Positions 10,392 through 20,794 of a stretch of DNA of 64,000 bases are shown here, piece by piece. The translations under genes and the position numbers were made by a program. How positions within the stretch are numbered: the first letter of the stretch is position 1; every line of letters starts with the position of its first letter. The DNA is from an uncultured delta proteobacterium (GTDB taxonomy: Bacteria; Desulfobacterota; Desulfobacteria; Desulfobacterales; JAFDCJ01). The notes below the pieces were generated by a model that saw nothing but the letters and a program-made list of their open reading frames with translations, had not been told where the DNA came from and did not search any database. The DNA lies in the NCBI GenBank assembly GCA_963769935.1, contig CAVYNY010000016.1:1-64000 (forward strand). The letters run 5' to 3'.

Positions 10392-12670
10392 TCACAACTC
10401 GGCTAAGGTCTTACGGGCTTCATCAGCCCCATCAAAAGTTGCGTCCAGGTTCAGTGCTTTTTTCAGTTCGTCGCGCGCTTTGGCGGTTTCGCCTTTCTTA
10501 AAGTGCGCCATGCCCAGGTGATAGATGATGGCGGCATTGTCAGGAAGTTTGGCCAGGGCGTCGGAAAACTCCGTGACGGCCAGATCATACAAGCCTTTTT
10601 TATAATAAATCCAGCCGAGGGTATCCATAACAAAAGGACTGTCCGGCAGCCTTTCTTTGGCGCTTCGGGCATAAACCATGGCTTCATCGAGGTTTTTATT
10701 CTGATCCGACAGGATGTAGGCCAGGTTGTTGGCTGCCGCGGCAAAATCGGGATTGATTTTAAGGGCCGCCCGGTAGTGCTTTTCGGACAGGTCAAATTGT
10801 TTGCGGGCATCGTAAATGACCCCCAGCAGCATGTGCGGCTGGGGCTGGTCGGGATTGAGCTGGAGCACGGCATTGTACTGGGCGATGGCTTTTTCCTCCT
10901 GCTTGTCGTCCATATAGATTTTGGCCAGCGCGTAATAGGCTGCAAATAGTTTGGATTGTCTTTGATGGCCGTCTGCAGGGATTCAACAGCCGCCGTTTTA
11001 TCACCTTGGGCCAGGTAAAGACCGCCCTTTAAATTATTGACCACCGCGACAAGCGCCGGGGTATCCCTGTAAAGTTCCAGCTGGCGGTCACATCTTTGCA
11101 GCGCTGCCGGGTACTCCTTTTTAGCCGCCAGGACCAGGATCGCATTCGTGAACACATCCACGAGCTTGGGATTGAGGGACAGCGCTTTGTCATAATTAAC
11201 CAGAGCATCATCATACTGACGCAATGCCTGCTGCAAAATCCCCAGCCGATAGTAGCCCACGGGATTTTCCGGTTCGGCTTTAATCAGAGCCTGGAAAGTA
11301 TCCCGCGCTTCCGGGACTTTCTTCTGGAACATGTAAGCATTGCCCAGTATCAGGCGCGCCTGATAATTGGCCGGTTGGGCCTGCAGAATCCGCTGGGCCT
11401 CCTTTTGGGCCAGTTCAAAATCACGCTCCCGCAGATAGATTTCAGCCAGCAGCAGCCGGGCCCTGAGATTGCGGGGATCAAGTTCTATCGCCTTGGCCAG
11501 TGAAGCTTGGGCCAATTTGGGATCGCCCTTCCCTAAAAGCGCCAACCCCTTAAGGTAATGGACACGCGCTGAATCGGGCTCTTCCTCGGCCAGTTGGTTA
11601 AAAATTTGCAGCGCTTCATCAAATTCCCGCTTCTTGACCAGCACTTCGCCTTTGAGCACCCGGGTTGGAAAATAGCCGGGCCGTTTTTCCAGAATCGCGG
11701 CTATTTGTTTATCGGCATTTTCGATATCATCCTGATTCACATAATGCTGGGCAAGGGAATTCATGACCTGGATGTTGTCAGGTTCGGCTTCAAGGGCCTT
11801 GCGATAAGTAGCCAGGGCTTTTTCTTTTTCGCCGGTTGCGTCGTAAAAACCCGCCAGAATCATCTGATTTCTCAGGTTGGCAGGCTCGACCTCGATCGCT
11901 TTTTGATAGGCCGCTTCGGCCTGGCCGGGTTTCGACTGCTGCAAATAAAAATTACCCATGACCACATACAGGCCGGCATTGTCCGGATTGTCGGCAACGA
12001 TTTTCTTTATCTCTGCTTCAGCCCGGTCGAATTTCTTTTCCTGCAAATGAAAATTAAACAGGGCCAACCGGGCATTCAAAGCGGCGGGATCGATATCCAC
12101 CGCCTGTTCCAGGGTAGTTTCAGCATCAGCGAGCTTTCCCTGGGCCGCCAGGACCCGGGCAAGACCGAGATAGGCCTGGATTTTTTTGCTGTCGATTTCC
12201 AGGACCTTTCTAAATGTATTTTCAGCCTCAAACAGGTTGTTGTCCGCACCGTAAAGCCCGCCGAGCAGCAGAAGCGCCTCGATATTGTCGGGCTCCCTGC
12301 TTAAAACCAGATCCACTTTTTTTCTGGCATCTTCGAATTGTCTGGCCAGCAATAAAAATGTCGCCAGTTTGACCTGAGCATCAATGTTTTCCGGATCCAG
12401 TTCGGCGACAATCGAATACGACCGGAAAGATTCCTGGGCATCACCCAGTTTGAGTTCGGTTTCCGCCAATTTTTGATAAGCCTGGGTATATTTGGGGTCT
12501 AGCTGGATGGCATTTTTAAACTCCAGACGGGCAGCCTTGTAGTCGCCTTTTTCGAAGTACGCCAAGCCCTTTTCATAATATGCGGTCTTCTTCTCCTCGT
12601 CGGAAGCGCAGGAGAACAGGGTTAGCGATATCATCAGCATGACCAGAAAAACAGACTTTGAACGAAACAT
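10392..12670 (-). CDS. prsT: PrsT-like TPR-repeat lipoprotein of the PEP-CTERM system, frameshift near 10935
   Basis: Lipobox LFSC, many TPRs, C-terminal AANNLAYIL...DTLGWIYYKKG...YHLGMAH; ORFs 10463-12670 and 10392-10913 join. Confidence 0.75.
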
Positions 12671-12689
12671 GTATACCTCCCGGGGGGAA

Positions 12690-13340
12690 GAGTTTGTTGT
12701 GTTTACTTTGTTTGTTGAGTTTATTGTGTTTATTGGATTTTGTTGAGTACAACTTGTTTATTGAGTTTATAGAGTTTGTTGTGTTGTTTGTGCAAAACGA
12801 AACCATTGTTAGTAACTTGCCATTAATCACCGGGACAATGTTTTTAAGTATTTTATGAAACCAGAGTCTAATTTTTGGACATCATCTGCTTTGCTGTAAA
12901 TTTGGGTAAAAATATCTTGGGTTATATACTCTTGGTCAAAAGCAACATACAGATGGCTTTGAACTTCCGCGGCAGAACTTTTAGATATGAAGAGGTATTG
13001 TATAAATTCTTTATTGCTTTGTCTGGCAAAACCTTCCGCTATATTTGCCATGCACGAAACCGCTGCGCCCTGTATTTGATTAACCAATCTAAAATCTTTT
13101 CTAAAGCTTTTGCTCGTATTAATCGCAGTATACACTAAATTCACCAGCACTCTTAGCCTCTTGCCAGGCTTTTATATCTTCAAACCGTTCAATTTTCATG
13201 AGCTTACCTCACTATTTTTTCTGTTTTCAACAACATATTAAACACCCAATTTAAGATAGCATATTAAACGCCCAATTCAAAATGAGCAAAAATATTCAAC
13301 CAACTCAATAAACTCAACCAACTCAATGAACTCAAAAAAC
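12690..13340. mobile_element. Cassette of inverted 9-nt arrays enclosing a four-helix-bundle gene
   Basis: Left TTG(A/T)GTTT(A/G) array 12690-12790; right AACTCAA(T/C)(A/G) array 13297-13340. Confidence 0.7.
12827..13199 (-). CDS. Four-helix-bundle protein (TIGR02436 / 23S rRNA IVS-protein family), +1 frameshift near 13153
   Basis: MKIERFEDIKAWQEA / DFRLVNQIQGAAVSCMANIAEGFARQSNKEFIQYLFISKSSAAEVQSHLYVAFDQEYI. Confidence 0.9.
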
Positions 13341-13341
13341 G

Positions 13342-15234
13342 CTACTCCTTTTCCAACATCTTCGCCAGCAAGGCGCTCAGGGCTTCGAGCCCTATCGGTT
13401 TGGGCACAAAATCTTTGATGGCCGCCTTGGCTTCCGGACTCAGGTTTTCGATAACGTCCTGGTTGTATCCGGAAAAAACCGCAATGTTGGCAGCGGGATC
13501 AAAGTTGAGTATTTCTTCGATGCATGTAACCCCGCTCATTTCCGGCATGTTAATGTCCATTAAAACCGCATCGGGTTTTTGGCGGCGATATTTTTCCAGA
13601 CCTTCTTTGCCGTTAGAGGCGGTTTCGGCCCGGTACCTCAGATGCCGGAGCAGCCCTTGCATGGCAAAAAGAATCTCAGGCTCATCATCGACTACCAGCA
13701 CCACTTCGCCGTTGCCCGGAATGATCTCCGGTCCACACGCCGGCCCGCATTGTTCTTCTTTTGGCTGCGCCGATGGAAATTGGATCTTAAAAGTGGTTCC
13801 CCGATCGGGTTGAGAATCGACAATTATCAACCCATCATGGCTTTTGATAATCCCATAGGTCGTGGAAAGCCCCAGGCCGGTCCCTTTGCCGAGCGGCTTG
13901 GATGTGAAAAAAGGATCGAAACATTTGGCAGCCGCCTCCCTATCCATTCCCTGGCCGGTGTCGGAAACCTCGACCCGCACTTGCGGCCTTCCTGCCGGGC
14001 GCTGATGGTCAACCGCCCGCCATCCGGCATGGCGTCCCGGGCGTTGTTGCAAAGATTCATAAAGGCCTGCCCGAGACTGGTGGGATCCCCCATAATCGGC
14101 AGCTTCGCTGGAAGAAAGGTCTGAATTTCTATTTTTTGGTCAAACGATTTCCGGATAATTTCATAAATTTCCTTGATGACATCGGTCAGATTTACCAGCT
14201 TAAACTCTTCCTTGATTTGTTTGCGGGAAAACTGAAGCAGTCCGTCTACCAGACGGGATCCCCTTTTGACGGAGGTATTGATCCGGCCGGCCACCGCGTG
14301 CAGGCCGTCCTCATCTTTAAGCTCATCTGAATCAAGCTGGCTGTTGACCATAATTTCGGTCAGGGTATTTCTAAAATTGTGAGCCACACCGGCGGCAATT
14401 GTGCCGATCGCTTCCATCTTCTGTTTGTGCTGCAGCTGCATTTCCAGGCGCTTGCGCTCGGTTATGTCGGTGATCATGATGACGATCGTGGATGATTCAC
14501 CTTTTACCGGCAAAACTTTAAGAGTGATGAGCCGTCCGTTGAATTCAACCGGTGTCTTTTGTCCGATCTCAACCGCGTGGCCGGTATTATTCTGCAAAAT
14601 CCGATCAAGTTCGGATCCGATATTCTCGTCAAACAGATCCGGCGGATAGGCCGCCAGGATTTTTTCCAGGGGTTGCCCCAGCAAAGAAACGGCAATACCA
14701 TTGGCGTAGACGACTTTGTTCGAATAAACCTCCAGGATTCCTTCGGCCATACTTTCCAGAATGGTTTCAAGATGGCGATTGCGGGAAAGCAGTTCCTTGG
14801 TCATCTGGCGTGCGTAGACGCTGTCGAGTCCGCGGATGGATTTGGGCTCCGCTTTCCGGCCGGGATGATTCCGATGAAACAACGGCCCCCTTGATGTGTT
14901 CGGCCATCGAATCGAAAGGCCCTTTGGCAATGTAAGCATCCGCACCGGTATCCTGGAGATTAAAATCAATTTCAGCCATTGCGGCGGAGAGAATCACCAG
15001 GTAACAATTTTTCAAATGCGGCATGTTGCGAACGATCTGAATCAGCTGGCCGCCATCAATCTTGGGCATGATCAGGTCAAAGAACATAATATCGGGCGTA
15101 AACGAAGTCAGCAGGTTTAAAACAGCAAAACCGTCTTCGGCCGCTGCCACTTCATGACCTTCGCGGGTTAAAAGTTCGGTGATATATTTCAACATGACGC
15201 GATCGTCATCAGCCACAAGGATCTTCTTTTTCAT
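13342..15234 (-). CDS. Hybrid sensor kinase (REC-PAS-HisKA-HATPase-REC), two frameshifts
   Basis: MKKKILVADDD; KMEAIGTIAAGVAHNFRN; NLCNNARDAMPDGG; FDPFFTSK...GTGLGL; VLVVDDEPE. Confidence 0.85.
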
Positions 15235-15249
15235 TTGGATGGCTCCCGG

Positions 15250-15510
15250 AGGGCATCGGAGATGCCCAGTTCATAGCTCCCTGGTTAAATTCGCTGCGCT
15301 GATCTATCGATATTTAACGGGGTAAACATAGCTGATAGCTCATTGTAAATAAGGATAGAGGCGCTGGGGCGCCGGGCTATTTAGTTTGTTGAGTTTATGG
15401 CATCGATGGGATAGAGTGACCAAGCTAAATGCTCCTGAGGCGCACAAGTTCGCTACGCCCCGGTTAAATTGGAAGAAAGGTTTAACGGGACAGGTATTTA
15501 ACTGGGTAAA
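15250..15510. repeat. Patchwork intergenic repeats with CCC(C/T)GGTTAAAT...TTTAACGGG hairpins
   Basis: GGGCATCGGAGATGCC module shared with 8472 and (degenerate) 35385; hairpin also at ~17613-17660. Confidence 0.6.
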
Positions 15511-15707
15511 AGTTTATTAGGTTGGCCGGCTCCACGCACTCCTTATCTTAAACACAATACGCAGAAAATCCCAAAAAGCCAAGTTTAAAAAGCTTAAATT
15601 GTGGAGTCAGGGCCAGGGGATACTCATGGCAAGCTTTAAGCCGGTACGCACTTCTTCCATATCTTAATCGTAGACGAAGTTTTTGGGGAGCTCGATTACC
15701 GGTAAAG

Positions 15708-15896
15708 CATTTTTACGAAGTGTCTCACCGCTGAGAGCGCAGAGATCGCGGATATTAATTAGAATTTTCCTTCTCGGCGTTCTCCCACCGGGGCGTAGGC
15801 CCTATGGGCCAGAGGCGGCGGGCTCTGCGGTGAACTATTATTTTTCTTTTTCGATCAGGCCGCCCGTTGTTTTGGCCGGCGGCTGAGCTAAAACCT
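15708..15896. repeat. Dispersed ~190 bp composite repeat (reverse complement of 61973-62167)
   Basis: CATTTTTACGAAGTGTCTCACCGCTGAGAGCGCAGAG and TTCTCCCACCGGGGCGTAGGCCCTATGGGCC match 62040-62167 inverted. Confidence 0.85.
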
Positions 15897-16181
15897 ACTC
15901 AAATGACTTGACGAAAAATTTGCCGCCCTGAGGGGCCGCTTGTTCCGAGCATGATCTCCGCAGAAGCGTAGAACCTATTATTACATAATCTACATAATTT
16001 TATTACATTATTTTCGTAGTCGTATTACCTGATTTTCCTAATATCAGCTAAAAATCAGCCGGACACGAGGCGTCTTTTGGAATATTTCGTAGCGTATTAA
16101 GAATATAAATTTTTTTAACAAACCGCAATCTTTGAATAAATCAGCCTCCCAATCGTTGGATACCATAACCTGCTAATTTTC

Positions 16182-16197
16182 AGGCATATTTTTTGCA
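16182..16197 (+). promoter_or_regulatory. Sigma-54 promoter for PEP-CTERM gene
   Basis: AGGCATATTTTTTGCA. Confidence 0.65.
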
Positions 16198-16421
16198 GAC
16201 CATCATGTCACAACCAATTTGAAGTCCAGCAATTAAACCTGCCCGATGAAACAAGAAGAACCTTCAGCTCAGGGGGGAACAGCCGGTCGGAGGGGTAGCT
16301 GCGGATATAAAAAAGGCAATTTCAATAAAGTCAATTATTAAACCAAATCCTTTGTAATTTGTCACAAGTTTAACACACACAACTATCTGCTACCTGATCT
16401 TTTTTAGGGGGGGGTAAACAA

Positions 16422-16793
16422 ATGAGATTCAATAAGGTTGCGATATTTATATTCGTAACAGCATTTCTGGTATGTTTTTCAGGTACCTCGAGAGCGATAC
16501 CTTTAAAATTTACTGACACACAAATGGATGGAAAAAAAATCAGCTGGAATGGTCCTGATAACTACAGCATCGAGCATACAGGCAATAAAAATACCAAAGC
16601 AGATTCTATGAACTGGACCTTTAAGTCGAAAGATAACAATTGGAATTGGAACTATAATTCCGGCCATCACAAGCCAAAATCTAAACCCGGCTCTTATTCA
16701 GTACCCGAGCCGGCTACAATGATCCTTCTTGGCTTCGGTCTGATCGGTTTAGCCGGATTTGGTCGGAAGCGTATCTTAAAGAAAAAGAAGTAA
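16422..16793 (+). CDS. Small PEP-CTERM sorting-domain protein
   Basis: Signal peptide; C-terminal VPEPATMILLGFGLIGLAGFGRKR. Confidence 0.9.
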   Translation: MRFNKVAIFIFVTAFLVCFSGTSRAIPLKFTDTQMDGKKISWNGPDNYSIEHTGNKNTKADSMNWTFKSKDNNWNWNYNSGHHKPKSKPGSYSVPEPATMILLGFGLIGLAGFGRKRILKKKK

Positions 16794-16884
16794 TAAATAT
16801 CTAGGGAAAAGGACAAAGGATGACGAGAACGGGTCTGTTCATCTTTTTTTAATCCGTAACGATACTTCTGATGTATTTTAAAGA

Positions 16885-16928
16885 AAGAGGCCTGTCGGGT
16901 TCTGGTGAATTCGGCAGGTCTTTTTTTA
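16885..16928 (+). terminator. Rho-independent terminator
   Basis: AAGAGGCCTGTCGGGTTC...GAATTCGGCAGGTCTTTTTTTT. Confidence 0.65.
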
Positions 16929-17047
16929 GGCCTTCGCCATGGATTTGTTGTTTATCAGCGGTATGTTGGGGGCACTGACGCTTAAAAGATTTAAGGTGAG
17001 AAGGTCGGAAATATTCAATATTCGAGATTGAAAATATTACAGATTAT

Positions 17048-17350
17048 TCAGGCCGCACCCGGGGGTTCCGGGTCCGGTTCCTCCTCGACCTGGTTGCATG
17101 CTTTTTCGATCAGATCGTCTTTGAGAAACTCATAGAGACTGCCGGTGTAGGCGCACTTTATGGTTTCCCGGATTTTGCGGATCAGATATTCGCTCAAGGC
17201 GGCTTCTCCGTCAATTCGCAAACGAAAAGCAAGCAGTCTTTGCAGGTTTATATCGTTTTTATCGCGCTCCGGAACCATCCGCATGATTCTTTGGAGAACG
17301 GTTTTAAACGGCCCTTGCTGCTCTTCGATCGTGATCAATTTTTTAGACAT
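17048..17350 (-). CDS. Hypothetical protein
   Basis: 100-aa ORF with AGG-type RBS and plausible composition. Confidence 0.6.
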   Translation of the reverse strand: MSKKLITIEEQQGPFKTVLQRIMRMVPERDKNDINLQRLLAFRLRIDGEAALSEYLIRKIRETIKCAYTGSLYEFLKDDLIEKACNQVEEEPDPEPPGAA

Positions 17351-17700
17351 GCGACTCGACCTACCTCAATTCACATCGATCTGATTTTCAACCTGATACG
17401 CAATCAGGATATATATTAAGCGTTATTTTGCGAGATGCAAATTATATCAAGTCCCCTTCCCGCTTGACTCCCGATCCGGCCTCACTTATAGTCGGTTTTA
17501 GTTGATTAGTGCCTGAACAGAAAGTCCGGATTTCGGGTAGGTTGGGTTGAGATTTTTATTCAAGCAATTTAACCAATCAACCTTGTCAACCAGTCAACCA
17601 AATCAACTTTCACCCCGTTAAATTCTTCGCAGAAGACGAGCGCAGCGGATTTAACCGGGGTAATCAACCATTCAACCAAGCAATTCAAGAGGTGGCTGCC

Positions 17701-18165
17701 ATGCTCAAAGCAAAAGATATAATGACCACTGAAATATTCACGGTTACCCCCGAAACTGAAATCGCCCAGGCAGCCCGGCTGCTTCTGGAAAAACGAATCA
17801 ATGGAGCGCCGGTTGTCGATGCAGCCGGCAAACTGGTGGGTATCCTGTGCCAGATGGATCTGATCGTCCAGCAAAAAAGCATACCGCTCCCATCACTTTT
17901 TACCCTATTAGACGGTTATATCCCCCTGACTTCTTCAAAGCGACTTGATAAAGAAGTTGCTAAAATCGCAGCAACCAAGGTTTCCGAAGCCATGACACCC
18001 AACCCCGTAACCGTCGATCCTGAAACCGACATCGAAAAAATTGCCGCCCTTATGGTGGAAAAAAATTTTCATACCCTGCCGGTGGTCGATGGGGGCAAGT
18101 TAGTGGGAATTTTGGGGAAAGAGGATGTGTTGAGAACACTTGGTTACCAGCTGATGAGCTCATAG
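17701..18165 (+). CDS. CBS-domain protein
   Basis: AKDIMT...APVVDAAGKLVGIL; VSEAMTPNPVTV...LPVVDGGKLVGIL. Confidence 0.9.
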   Translation: MLKAKDIMTTEIFTVTPETEIAQAARLLLEKRINGAPVVDAAGKLVGILCQMDLIVQQKSIPLPSLFTLLDGYIPLTSSKRLDKEVAKIAATKVSEAMTPNPVTVDPETDIEKIAALMVEKNFHTLPVVDGGKLVGILGKEDVLRTLGYQLMSS

Positions 18166-18440
18166 TTGATTCAGATGATAGTTGAAAGGATAAAGGCTGA
18201 GAAGATTGAAGTTGGAAGATGAAAGGTGAGAGGACAGGGTGAAGGCACACGGTAGAAGGCTGGGAAGGTGGGAAGGTGAGAGGGTGGGAAAAGGGAAACG
18301 GAGAAATGGGGAAGTTGAGAAGATGAGAAGGTGAGAGGCACAGGGTGCAAGGCACACGGTAGAAGGGGGGTGGGAAGGTGAAGGGCGCGGTGGGCACGGC
18401 GAAAGGCACAGGGCGAGAGGCTGAAAAAGTTGAAGAAGAC
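18150..18440. repeat. Purine-rich 8-nt array (GAAGGTGA/GAAGGTGG/GAAGATGA)
   Basis: Direct inspection; modules shared with 23480-23920. Confidence 0.85.
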
Positions 18441-18444
18441 GCTT

Positions 18445-18864
18445 TCAGACCAGCCATTCGATTGAAATATTTTCTTTTTTTTCAAGTTTTCTGAACTCCG
18501 GATCACCGGTTAAAAGAGGAGAATGCTTAATCACGGCCAAAGAAGCAGCAAAAGCATCTGCATATGAAATTGGATAGAAAGCCTTTAACCTGGCTGCTGT
18601 CCGCAACATCTCTTCATCGACGATGTCGATATACTGCAAGGGAAACGCTTTAATCCTGGCGAAAGCCAGATCCGCTAAATCCTGACCTTGTTCCCTTAAA
18701 GTAATATAATAGACCTCCCCCAAATGGATGGCGTGCAAATAAATTTGGATTTTACCCTTTCGTGCTTGTTTGAGAAGCTTTTCGACCTTCGCTGAAAACG
18801 TCTCATTTTCAAGATAGCCAATTAGGGCGAAACTATCGAAAACGATGCTATTTAAGCTGGGCAA
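18445..18864 (-). CDS. vapC: VapC-family PIN-domain toxin
   Basis: IVFDSFALIGYL...GEVYY...SYADAFAASLA...LLTGDPEF. Confidence 0.85.
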   Translation of the reverse strand: MPSLNSIVFDSFALIGYLENETFSAKVEKLLKQARKGKIQIYLHAIHLGEVYYITLREQGQDLADLAFARIKAFPLQYIDIVDEEMLRTAARLKAFYPISYADAFAASLAVIKHSPLLTGDPEFRKLEKKENISIEWLV

Positions 18865-19108
18865 ATTTTTTATCCTCCAGTTTTTTCTCTTCCTCTTTTT
18901 CCCTCAGATAAGCTTTTAACACACCGGATCCCTTCAACATTCCCCTTGCGCTGGTAATTGGATCCTCGGAGTCAGGTACCATCAGAATGCCTTCCTTTTT
19001 TTCAATCCAACGGATTGAAGTTGAGGGATAAATACCATATTTCTCCCGAATTCTTTTGGGGATCACGATTTGTCCTTTTGTTGTGACTTTCGATGTTGCG
19101 GTATGCAT
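18848..19108 (-). CDS. AbrB/MazE/SpoVT-family antitoxin
   Basis: SKVTTKGQIVIPKRIREKYGI; overlaps toxin start. Confidence 0.9.
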   Translation of the reverse strand: MHTATSKVTTKGQIVIPKRIREKYGIYPSTSIRWIEKKEGILMVPDSEDPITSARGMLKGSGVLKAYLREKEEEKKLEDKKFAQLK

Positions 19109-19175
19109 TTAGATTGCCTCGTTAAAATCCAATACTGGCGGTTAATTTTGAAAAGCTTTAAATATATTAAAGCGG

Positions 19176-19277
19176 AAGTAAGAAAATGTCAATTATTTAT
19201 TCTTACTTTATTCATCATCAAACACTATTCCGTTAAGAATTCCTTACCATTGACAAAATTTAAATATCCATTATAAT
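19176..19277. promoter_or_regulatory. Back-to-back sigma-70 promoters of the two TA operons with an inverted-repeat operator
   Basis: Plus strand TTGACA-16-TATAAT at 19250-19277; minus strand TTGACA at 19187-19192 flanked by AAGTAAGAA...TTCTTACTT. Confidence 0.65.
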
Positions 19278-19316
19278 GACCATATATCTTCATAAAAAAT
19301 CATGCGGAGGCATACT

Positions 19317-19586
19317 ATGCTAACAATTCAAGATTATATTCCTGTCACCAAAGCAAAAGCTGAATTTCTCGACATAATCCGAAAAATTGAGGGCTCTGAG
19401 GATGCTATCGCTATCACAAAAAACGGTGTTCCGGAGGCCGTCTTGCTCAGCATGAAAAAATTTGAGGGACTCCTTGAGACATTGGAGATCCTTTCCGATG
19501 AAGAATCAATGAAATCGATCAGAAAATCAATAAGGGATGCTCAACAGGGTAAATGGATTGACTATGATGGGATCTTTCAGGAATGA
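19317..19586 (+). CDS. Phd/YefM-family antitoxin
   Basis: IPVTKAKAEFLDII...ITKNGVPEAVLLS...LLETLEIL; GGAGG RBS. Confidence 0.9.
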   Translation: MLTIQDYIPVTKAKAEFLDIIRKIEGSEDAIAITKNGVPEAVLLSMKKFEGLLETLEILSDEESMKSIRKSIRDAQQGKWIDYDGIFQE

Positions 19587-19882
19587 AAAATTATAAAATG
19601 AGGTTTACCCAGGAAGCATCTCGTATACTTTCAAGATTTCATCCGGAAAATAAGAAATTAATCAGACAGGCCCTGGAAGACCTGCGAATACATCCTTTCG
19701 CAGGCAGCAATTTACAGGAAGAGCTGTATGGTTTTAAGTCTTTTAAATTTAAACGGTATCGTATTCTATACAACATGAATGAGCAAGATTCTTTCATTCA
19801 GATTTTTCACATCGGTCACAGAAAAGATGTCTACGAGCAGTTCAGGCGCTTGCTGAATGAACTTCACAAAAACTCATCCTAA
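19583..19882 (+). CDS. RelE/ParE-family toxin
   Basis: YRILY...IFHIGHRKDVY; ATGA overlap with antitoxin. Confidence 0.85.
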   Translation: MKNYKMRFTQEASRILSRFHPENKKLIRQALEDLRIHPFAGSNLQEELYGFKSFKFKRYRILYNMNEQDSFIQIFHIGHRKDVYEQFRRLLNELHKNSS

Positions 19883-20006
19883 ACAGCCGCATAGCGGCTG
19901 CAAGTCTAAAAATAGGCTTATTTATGGTAATTTTTTTGCCCGATCGGGAGATGACGGTCGAACAATGCCTGCCTCAAACCTATTGCATTTTTGCCGTGCG
20001 CCTTTC

Positions 20007-20231
20007 CTATTGGTTCCCAAATCCATTCTGTTCCCCGCAGTCCGGGCATTGCCAGGTGATGGCATTGCAGGACATGCCCCAAATGTTTTGCGCCATACAG
20101 TCCTGACAGATACTAAATCCGCAGCGGCACCGCCAGCAAAAGGGAAATTCCCCGCCGCAGCAGTGGCAAAGATACCTGCCGCGCTGGCGATGCTTTTGCC
20201 GGTAAGCGGATTTGGGGGCTGATTCTTTCAT
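20007..20231 (-). CDS. Small cysteine-rich (putative Zn/Fe-binding) protein
   Basis: CHCC, CWRCRC, CQDC, CPDC motifs in 74 aa. Confidence 0.65.
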   Translation of the reverse strand: MKESAPKSAYRQKHRQRGRYLCHCCGGEFPFCWRCRCGFSICQDCMAQNIWGMSCNAITWQCPDCGEQNGFGNQ

Positions 20232-20455
20232 GGTTGTTGTTTCACACCATTGCTGATATAGCAATTTCAAATAAAATTACCGGCCGCGTTATCGGTCAAT
20301 CTCATCGACGACGTACCAGAATGTACGCCTTGCTCAGAGATTTCCCTCTAGCCTTGCCGAAACTCTATCTGAAATTGCTATATGATATTTTTTTTGGTCC
20401 TGGAGAAAAACCCGGCTTAACAACCTGATGAGTGCCAGTTGAATTTGAATTATAA

Positions 20456-20546
20456 TTAATCCGCCGGACCTTGGATTTAACAACTTTCTTCAGTTGTCAA
20501 TGAACAAACTACAATCCTGAATGGGATGTTTTTCAGAGCGGATTAA
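20456..20546. mobile_element. Short MITE-like element with TTAATCCGC...GCGGATTAA ends
   Basis: Related copies at 32243-32340 and 36885-36974; half copy ending at 8131. Confidence 0.55.
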
Positions 20547-20629
20547 ATAGCAACGGACAAAATATAATTCTGATCTGGATGATGTCGATACCAGATTTTA
20601 ATTCATGATGACATCTTTTTAATAATAAA

Positions 20630-20741
20630 GGGACACAGATAAAGGCGGATAAACACGGATAGATAAAAACTTATAATTTAGCTTCGCTAAGAGTAAAAAT
20701 ACTTGCTTTTAATCCGTGCAAATCCGTTTAATCCGTGTCCC
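20630..20741. repeat. Inverted 9-nt arrays (ACACGGAT family)
   Basis: GGGACACAGATAAAGGCGGATAAACACGGAT...ATCCGTGCAAATCCGTTTAATCCGTGTCCC. Confidence 0.8.
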
Positions 20742-20794
20742 CCAAAAATAAAAAACAATGAATTGCCAACACGATTGCGGATTCGGAGCCAAAA

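Noticed and set aside
12827..13199. Diversity-generating retroelement (Avd-like gene)
   Set aside because: No reverse transcriptase and no TR/VR pair with adenine-specific mismatches seen in the window.
672..15234. Mass pseudogenisation of the EPS/regulatory locus
   Set aside because: Breaks are mostly small indels with motifs intact on both sides, and similar breaks occur in cooC and the pilus regulator; assembly error is at least as likely and cannot be excluded without reads.
18050..18506. Low-complexity ORFs over repeat arrays (also 12573-12858, 23433-23825, 29624-29880, 35458-35850)
   Set aside because: Translations simply mirror the tandem repeat units; no independent coding evidence.
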